IMG/VR virus record: IMGVR_UViG_3300025138_000013 | From: a virus | Length of the DNA: 64,000 nt | Strand: one strand, 5' to 3' | In this document: positions 57,892-64,000 of the stretch, piece by piece | How the letters are laid out: each line of letters starts with the position of its first letter | Position numbering within the stretch: position 1 is the first letter of the stretch | Translations under genes and position numbers: made by a program | Notes under the pieces: generated by a model | Databases searched by the model: none | What the model saw: the letters and a program-made list of their open reading frames with translations, nothing else | Told to the model about the DNA's origin: nothing

Positions 57892-59067
57892 ATGAACAGA
57901 TTTTTGAATTACCTCGCGGTAATTACGTCCCTAGGAATTGCATCAATCGCTGCATATTTCTCAGTATTAGGTCTTGCAACAATATTTGCTGGTGCCTTTA
58001 TGGGTGTTGTAATTATGGCTGGTGCTTTAGAATTCGGTAAAGTTGTAACTGCAGCTTATCTGCATCTTGCATGGGAAAAACTAAATTACATGAAATACTA
58101 TCTTGTATTTTCAGTATTCGTTCTCATGTTAATCACATCATTGGGTATATTTGGATACCTATCAAAAGCACATTCAGAACAAACAGGGGATACTGCACAA
58201 GCACAATCTATTGTTGATAGAATCGAGAATCAGATTGCAAGGGAAGAGAACAAGATACAAACCTATCTAGACAGGATAAGTAATCTTGGGGGTGCAAAGA
58301 TAGATGTATCAGAGTCTATCAAACAACAAGAAACTATTAGAGATGGTGCATGGGACAGGGTTCAAGGGGATATAGACTATGCAAAGGGTCAGATAACATC
58401 TCTTAGGGGTCAGACAACGGCCTTAGACACCGCTGTAAGCAATCTTAGAGAGAAAGGGGTTGAGACTATCACCACACAAGAAGGTGGAGTATTCACACAG
58501 GACGAATTAGAAGTCATAGACTATGTCCAACAGGCAAATACATTGTTTGACCAACAATCAACTCAGAGAGAACAAATAAGAGATGACATTGCAGAACAAC
58601 AAGGTAACATAGACAACTACAGGTCACAAGCACAGACTACAATTGATGATGCAAACATTGAGATAAAGAGATTACAACAATCATCTACAGGTGATGCAGA
58701 TGAAATAATTGTAAAGACCGATGAATTCAACTTGTTGATTGACAAATCCTATGATATAATAGATGGATACAAAGACGAAATGTTTGAGAGTAAACAGATT
58801 ATACTCTCATTAGAACGTGAAGTAGGCCCTATTAAGTATATTGCAGAAGTTATATACGGTCAAGAGGATTCTGTCAAGTACCTTGACAACGCCGTTCGAT
58901 GGGTAATTTACATGCTGATATTCGTATTTGACCCGCTGGCAATCTTATTGTTGGTTACATCATTAGGATTGATACAGGGTAAAGGACATACGAAAAAGTT
59001 ACGAGAAACACAAAGAATTGTGCTTCAAGTACCAAAAAAGAGAGTGAAGAAGTTACAAAAAGACTAA
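57892..59067 (+). CDS. Multi-TM membrane protein with long coiled-coil loop
   Basis: Three N-terminal TMs, Gln/Glu-rich coil, EVGPIKYIAE, IFVFDPLAILL. Confidence 0.75.
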   Translation: MNRFLNYLAVITSLGIASIAAYFSVLGLATIFAGAFMGVVIMAGALEFGKVVTAAYLHLAWEKLNYMKYYLVFSVFVLMLITSLGIFGYLSKAHSEQTGDTAQAQSIVDRIENQIAREENKIQTYLDRISNLGGAKIDVSESIKQQETIRDGAWDRVQGDIDYAKGQITSLRGQTTALDTAVSNLREKGVETITTQEGGVFTQDELEVIDYVQQANTLFDQQSTQREQIRDDIAEQQGNIDNYRSQAQTTIDDANIEIKRLQQSSTGDADEIIVKTDEFNLLIDKSYDIIDGYKDEMFESKQIILSLEREVGPIKYIAEVIYGQEDSVKYLDNAVRWVIYMLIFVFDPLAILLLVTSLGLIQGKGHTKKLRETQRIVLQVPKKRVKKLQKD

Positions 59068-59097
59068 ATACAATTATAAATATTTCTAGGAGAAATC

Positions 59098-59574
59098 ATG
59101 CCAGACAATGACAATAAGCACTTAGACCCTCGTCTAAAAATCGAACATTTATTATACGACATTCGTGGAATGTTGTTAGATATCGAACACACACTTGGTA
59201 ATATACCACACGAAGAAGAAAACGTCGAGGACTATTCTGTAGTATTCGTAGAATCTACAGAAGGTGATTATATCCATCCCGAGACACCAACTCACCCATG
59301 CCCAGAAGGGTTTGGTGAAGATGCCTATTGGGATTGTATCTACCAGTGTTGGATGCAACCAAATGACATGGAAGAAGACGAGTATAACTTGGCTACTAAC
59401 ATAGATACAGATGCATGTTACGACACAGTAGCAGGTGAATGGATGAGAACTGAAGAAGATGATTGGTCAAACGAGTATGCTTCTTACATGGCTCCTATTC
59501 ATGAGATGGAAGAAGAAATGACTCATGAAGAACCAACAACAGAACCAACAACAGAACATAACGGAGAAGTATAA
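59098..59574 (+). CDS. Highly acidic hypothetical late protein
   Basis: CTAAATA plus AGGAG; Asp/Glu-rich with Cys/Trp cluster. Confidence 0.65.
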   Translation: MPDNDNKHLDPRLKIEHLLYDIRGMLLDIEHTLGNIPHEEENVEDYSVVFVESTEGDYIHPETPTHPCPEGFGEDAYWDCIYQCWMQPNDMEEDEYNLATNIDTDACYDTVAGEWMRTEEDDWSNEYASYMAPIHEMEEEMTHEEPTTEPTTEHNGEV

Positions 59575-59759
59575 TGGCAATATCAGATTCTATGACTCTT
59601 GCTGAATTCAAAGCAGAACTAATTGCAACAGAACCAACAATGACTGGAGCTCCTGCAGAAGGAACAGACGGTAGAGCATTAGCTCAGACATCTTACGATA
59701 CGTCTAAAGCTGCTTGGGACACTGAACTTGCACGAGTTCAAACTCTAATCGACGGTTAA
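59574..59759 (+). CDS. Small hypothetical protein
   Basis: TAATG coupling, GGAG SD. Confidence 0.6.
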   Translation: MAISDSMTLAEFKAELIATEPTMTGAPAEGTDGRALAQTSYDTSKAAWDTELARVQTLIDG

Positions 59760-59812
59760 TTTAGTTTAAAAAACACCTTGTATTTTAGCATGTATTCATG
59801 TATAATGAATGT

Positions 59813-60850
59813 ATGCTATGGTTAGAAAGAAAATATCTTTCTATGTGTGTGAGTTCTCTAGAACTTGCAAAATGGAAAGGTGATACAACACTGAATCACA
59901 GGTGTATATATTGTGGAGATTCTCAAAAGAATCAACATAAAGCACGTGGGTATCATTTCGTTGTAGAACAAAGTTTTATATACAAATGTCACAATTGTGG
60001 TAAATCCACATCCAGTGTAAATTTTATCAAAGACCATTTCCCTGTACTACATAAAGAGTACATTAAAGAATGGTTAACAGAGAGTGGTAAAAAACCTAAG
60101 AAACATGCATCGAATCATAAGATGCCGAGTGCAAATGTTTTCAAGTTCACTCCAAAAACAGAATTACTAAATATGATTAAAGTTGATTTATCAGCGATTA
60201 TGTTCCCTGCCAAGGAGAAAAGAGTTGCACGAGAATACTTACAAGCACGTAAGATTCCCGAAGATAAAATCAATGATTTATGGTTCGTTGAATCAGCTCA
60301 GACTCTAAGTCTCTTATCACCTAAGTATAAGGACAGAGTTCTTGGTAACGACCCAAGAATCATTTTACCATTCTTTAGAGAGGATGGGGAACTCGTAGGA
60401 GTATCGGGTAGAGCAATTAATAACTCACCCCTTAGATACCTTACAATGAGGTTCCTAGATGATGACCCACTCATCTATAACATACAAAAAGTGGACAAAA
60501 CAAAAACTATCTATGTCACCGAAGGCCCATTAGATAGTTTATTCCTTCCCAACAGTATCGCAGTCGGGGGAAGTGACTTTAAGAAAATAGACGATGGTAT
60601 CAAAGACAATGCAATTATCATTTATGATAATGAACCTCGTAATGAAGAGATACTCAAGAAACTAGAAGAAGTGATTGAGTTAGGTTATAAAGTTTGCATA
60701 TGGGACGACAAACGTATTGCAGACTGTAAAGATATAAACGATATGATAGTAAGTGGATTGAGACAAAGTGAGATAGTAGATATCATTAATACTTGTACAT
60801 TTGAAGGTCTTTCGGCAAAATTAAAATTAATGGAGTACAAGAGAATATGA
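59813..60850 (+). CDS. gp61: DNA primase
   Basis: CIYCGDS...CHNCG zinc finger, TEGPLDS and YDNE, KDIND TOPRIM motifs; TTGTAT-17-TATAAT promoter 6 nt upstream. Confidence 0.95.
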   Translation: MLWLERKYLSMCVSSLELAKWKGDTTLNHRCIYCGDSQKNQHKARGYHFVVEQSFIYKCHNCGKSTSSVNFIKDHFPVLHKEYIKEWLTESGKKPKKHASNHKMPSANVFKFTPKTELLNMIKVDLSAIMFPAKEKRVAREYLQARKIPEDKINDLWFVESAQTLSLLSPKYKDRVLGNDPRIILPFFREDGELVGVSGRAINNSPLRYLTMRFLDDDPLIYNIQKVDKTKTIYVTEGPLDSLFLPNSIAVGGSDFKKIDDGIKDNAIIIYDNEPRNEEILKKLEEVIELGYKVCIWDDKRIADCKDINDMIVSGLRQSEIVDIINTCTFEGLSAKLKLMEYKRI

Positions 60851-63156
60851 ATTCAGAGTTCAAAGTAATTAAATCAGATGGGACAAAGAGACCTATTGAT
60901 TTAGATAAGATACACAGAATGGTAGAGAAAGCTTGTGACGGTATCACAGGTGTTTCAGAGTCATCCGTCGAGATGAACAGTGGTTTACAATTTTATGATG
61001 GAATCACTACACGTGATATCCAAAAGATACTTGTAAAAAGTGCAAGTGATTTAATCTCATTAGAGAATCCTAACTATCAGTTTGTCGCTGCAAGATTACT
61101 ACTATTTGGTGTACAGAAACAAGTGTTCAACACTAGATGGAAAGACAGTGAAATCTATCCACCACTAGGAGACATAGTTCTAAGAAACATAGACCACGGT
61201 GTGTATGATAAAGACATTCTTAATTATTATGAGAAGGAAGAGATAGACCAGTGTAATTCATTTATCAGACACAACAGAGATTTAACTTTTACATATGCTG
61301 GTCTACAACAGATAGTAGACAAGTATTTGGTACAAGACAGGTCATCCAATACATTATTTGAGACACCACAGTTCATGTACATGATGATTGCGATGACATT
61401 ATTTAAAGACTACGGAGAAAGTAGGTTACAATATGTCAGAGGATATTACGATGCAATATCACAATTTAAAATTAACATCCCCACACCAATTATGGCGGGG
61501 GTCAGAACACCACTTCGACAATTTGCAAGTTGTGTTCTCGTCGACAGTGACGACACCCTCGACTCAATCTTCTCCAGTGACATGGCAATCGGTAAGTACG
61601 TTGCTCAGAGAGCTGGAATTGGAATCAACGCAGGAAGAATTAGGGGAATTGGTAGTAAAATTAGAGGGGGTGAAGTCCAACATACTGGAGTCATACCATT
61701 TCTTAAAAAGTTTGAAGCAACCGTCCGAAGTTGTACACAGAATGGCGTCAGAGGCGGAAGTGCAACAGTACATTTCCCAATCTGGCACGCTGAAATCGAG
61801 GATATCCTTGTCCTTAAAAACAATAAGGGAACAGAAGATAATAGAGTCAGAAAGTTAGATTACTCTATTCAGTTATCAGAACTATTTTATAAGAGATTTC
61901 TGAAGAACGAGGACATATCATTGTTCTCACCGCATGATGTTAAGGGACTGTATGATGCATTTGGAACACCCGAGTTCGATGCATTATATGAGAAGTATGA
62001 ACGTGCAACTAGTATTCCAAAGAAGAAGATTGGTGCAAGACATCTATTTACAAGTTTATTAAAAGAAAGAGCAGAGACTGGCCGTATTTACATTATGAAT
62101 ATCGACCATTGCAATACGCATAGTAGTTTTATCGACAAGGTTAACATGAGTAATCTATGTCAAGAGATAACACTACCCACCGACCCTATCAGTCATATTG
62201 ATGGGGAAGGTGAGATTGCGTTATGTATTCTTTCTGCAATTAACGTAGGTATTATCAAGAACTTAGATGAACTTGGACACCTATGTGACCTTGCAGTTAG
62301 AGGGTTGGAAGAACTAATAGACTATCAGAAGTATCCAGTGATTGCAGCTGAGAAATCAACAAGAGCAAGACGTTCATTAGGAATAGGATACATTGGTCTC
62401 GCACATTTCCTTGCGAAGAACAAGGTTAAGTATGATGACCCCGAAGCACATAAACTAGTGCATGAACTAACAGAAAGATTCCAGTTCGAACTACTAAAAT
62501 CATCTAATCAGATTGCATCCGAGAAAGGTGCATGTGATTACTTTGATAGAACTAAGTACTCTCAAGGATTACTACCTATTGATACATACAAAAAGGATGT
62601 TGACACTATAACCCCACACGTGTTAAAATGTGACTGGGATAAACTAAGAACATGTATAAATGTGCATGGTTTAAGACACTCAACTCTTACTGCACAGATG
62701 CCTTCAGAGTCCTCTAGCGTCGTCTCTAATGCAACGAATGGTGTAGAACCACCAAGAGACTACCTCAGTGTCAAGAAAAGTAAAAAAGGAACCCTAAAAC
62801 AGGTAGTTCCACAATACAGTACACTTAAAAACAATTATACATTACTATGGGATATGCCTAGTAATGATGGATATATTAAAGTACTTGCAGTGATGCAAAA
62901 GTTCTTTGACCAAGCGATTAGTGGTAACTGGTCTTATAACCCCGAGAATTATGACAAGGGTGAAGTACCAGTATCAGTCATGGCTCAGGACATGTTGAAC
63001 ACATACAAGTATGGATGGAAGACATCATATTACCAAAACACAATGGATGGTAAGGTAGAGGATGTAATTACAGACCCTAATTCAGCGTCTAACGATTACA
63101 TACCACCAATGATGCACACTGAAGATGAGGAAGATTGCGATGCCTGTGCCATATGA
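60847..63156 (+). CDS. nrdA: Ribonucleotide reductase class Ia alpha subunit
   Basis: ATP-cone, PTPIMAG, QFASC, SNLCQEI, KTSYY, C-terminal CDAC. Confidence 0.97.
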   Translation: MNSEFKVIKSDGTKRPIDLDKIHRMVEKACDGITGVSESSVEMNSGLQFYDGITTRDIQKILVKSASDLISLENPNYQFVAARLLLFGVQKQVFNTRWKDSEIYPPLGDIVLRNIDHGVYDKDILNYYEKEEIDQCNSFIRHNRDLTFTYAGLQQIVDKYLVQDRSSNTLFETPQFMYMMIAMTLFKDYGESRLQYVRGYYDAISQFKINIPTPIMAGVRTPLRQFASCVLVDSDDTLDSIFSSDMAIGKYVAQRAGIGINAGRIRGIGSKIRGGEVQHTGVIPFLKKFEATVRSCTQNGVRGGSATVHFPIWHAEIEDILVLKNNKGTEDNRVRKLDYSIQLSELFYKRFLKNEDISLFSPHDVKGLYDAFGTPEFDALYEKYERATSIPKKKIGARHLFTSLLKERAETGRIYIMNIDHCNTHSSFIDKVNMSNLCQEITLPTDPISHIDGEGEIALCILSAINVGIIKNLDELGHLCDLAVRGLEELIDYQKYPVIAAEKSTRARRSLGIGYIGLAHFLAKNKVKYDDPEAHKLVHELTERFQFELLKSSNQIASEKGACDYFDRTKYSQGLLPIDTYKKDVDTITPHVLKCDWDKLRTCINVHGLRHSTLTAQMPSESSSVVSNATNGVEPPRDYLSVKKSKKGTLKQVVPQYSTLKNNYTLLWDMPSNDGYIKVLAVMQKFFDQAISGNWSYNPENYDKGEVPVSVMAQDMLNTYKYGWKTSYYQNTMDGKVEDVITDPNSASNDYIPPMMHTEDEEDCDACAI

Positions 63157-64000
63157 AGATAAGACTGTAATATATACGTATCCCGACGAGGAGAGGATGA
63201 AAAAAGATGGAGAGACTCCTCAAAGACTAAGTGGTAGAACTAATCAGTTGACTTGGGACTTGATGAAAGATAGGTTTGTTGTCTTACGTAATTTCATTCC
63301 TAAAGATATTATTAACATGTCATTAGATACATGGAAGACTATTGAACACAATGAATCATGGGATGAAGCAATATTCAACAGAGAACATGAAATCACTCAA
63401 AACTCACCTAAAGATTCTTTAGGAAAATCTAAAGCTAATTACTGCACTCCGATGGCAGTTTCCCTACATAGATGGCTAAAGGAAAAATTAGACAACGTAA
63501 TTGATATGGGATTAAGAGAAACATACTCTTATACTCGGAAATACGACAGAGGTGCATACCTAAGAGCTCACACTGATAGACCATCATGTGAAATAAGTGC
63601 AACCATATGTCTAGATTACAGGACAGATGACAATGCACCTTGGAAAATATGGGTACAGAACGATGGTAACTATGTCGACATGGGTAATATGGATGAAGTG
63701 TATGATATGTCTCAAGGATTACAACACAGAAATAGAAAAGGTATTCCAATAAGTTTAGAGCCTGGTGATGTTTTATTATATCAAGGGCCCAATGTAATAC
63801 ACTGGAGAGATTATTTAGTAGGTGATTACTCATACCACATCTTCTTACATTTCTTCAATGAAGACAGTAAGTTATTGAATATAGACAAAATGCATACAGA
63901 CATAGAAGACCATTTTGCATTATCGTTTGATGGAAGACCACATAGATATGCAGATGAAAATAGTGAAGAAGTAGTTGGTAAAACCAAAGAAAAGTTTAGA
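63140..64000 (+). CDS. 2OG-Fe(II) oxygenase (3' truncated, not in ORF track)
   Basis: TYSYTRKY...HTDRPSCEISATICL, PGDVLLYQG...HWR...HIFLHF. Confidence 0.85.
   Translation, partial: MPVPYEDKTVIYTYPDEERMKKDGETPQRLSGRTNQLTWDLMKDRFVVLRNFIPKDIINMSLDTWKTIEHNESWDEAIFNREHEITQNSPKDSLGKSKANYCTPMAVSLHRWLKEKLDNVIDMGLRETYSYTRKYDRGAYLRAHTDRPSCEISATICLDYRTDDNAPWKIWVQNDGNYVDMGNMDEVYDMSQGLQHRNRKGIPISLEPGDVLLYQGPNVIHWRDYLVGDYSYHIFLHFFNEDSKLLNIDKMHTDIEDHFALSFDGRPHRYADENSEEVVGKTKEKFR

Noticed and set aside
38633-63156. Introns, inteins or homing endonucleases in gp43, gp41, uvsX, nrdA
   Set aside because: Genes are continuous and of ordinary length; no LAGLIDADG, HNH, GIY-YIG or intein motifs seen
626-63833. 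Numerous minus-strand ORFs in the track
   Set aside because: They lie antisense to well-supported + strand genes, are Ser/Phe/Leu-rich mirrors of Glu/Lys codons, and show no recognisable motifs or SD signals
1-64000. CRISPR array, rRNA, integrase/transposase, stop-codon reassignment
   Set aside because: No spaced direct repeats or such genes seen; TAA, TAG and TGA all end conserved genes at the expected positions

Overview
64 kb of an AT-rich, T4-like (myovirus) phage genome, probably marine, with all credible genes on the + strand. It carries T4 core head genes (gp20 partial, 67, 68, 21, 22, 23), gp3, uvsY/uvsW, gp55, gp47/46, gp45/44/62, regA, gp43, uvsX, gp41, gp61, nrdA and one tRNA-Thr(UGU). 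Auxiliary genes include cytochrome c, peptide deformylase, Hsp20, peroxiredoxin, IscU and five 2OG-Fe(II) oxygenases. The best candidate for an undescribed system is a late-promoter operon (25.1-32.0 kb). It joins a curli secretion apparatus (CsgF, CsgG, two curlin-like proteins) to a FecR-domain protein and a CHASE2 adenylate cyclase, suggesting a phage-installed surface-to-cAMP signalling relay. Other highlights: (1) a C5-methylase + TET/JBP dioxygenase + kinase locus whose TET ends in the same clamp-binding peptide as the DNA polymerase, matched by a window-wide bias in which restriction-type sites persist mainly when they overlap a GpC; (2) a translationally coupled chain of membrane microproteins around a c-type cytochrome; (3) systematic leaderless gene architecture; (4) a sigma32 promoter plus ROSE-like thermometer on hsp20; (5) an array of proteins with capsid-targeting-like N-termini. 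All calls come from motif recognition by eye; no searches were run.
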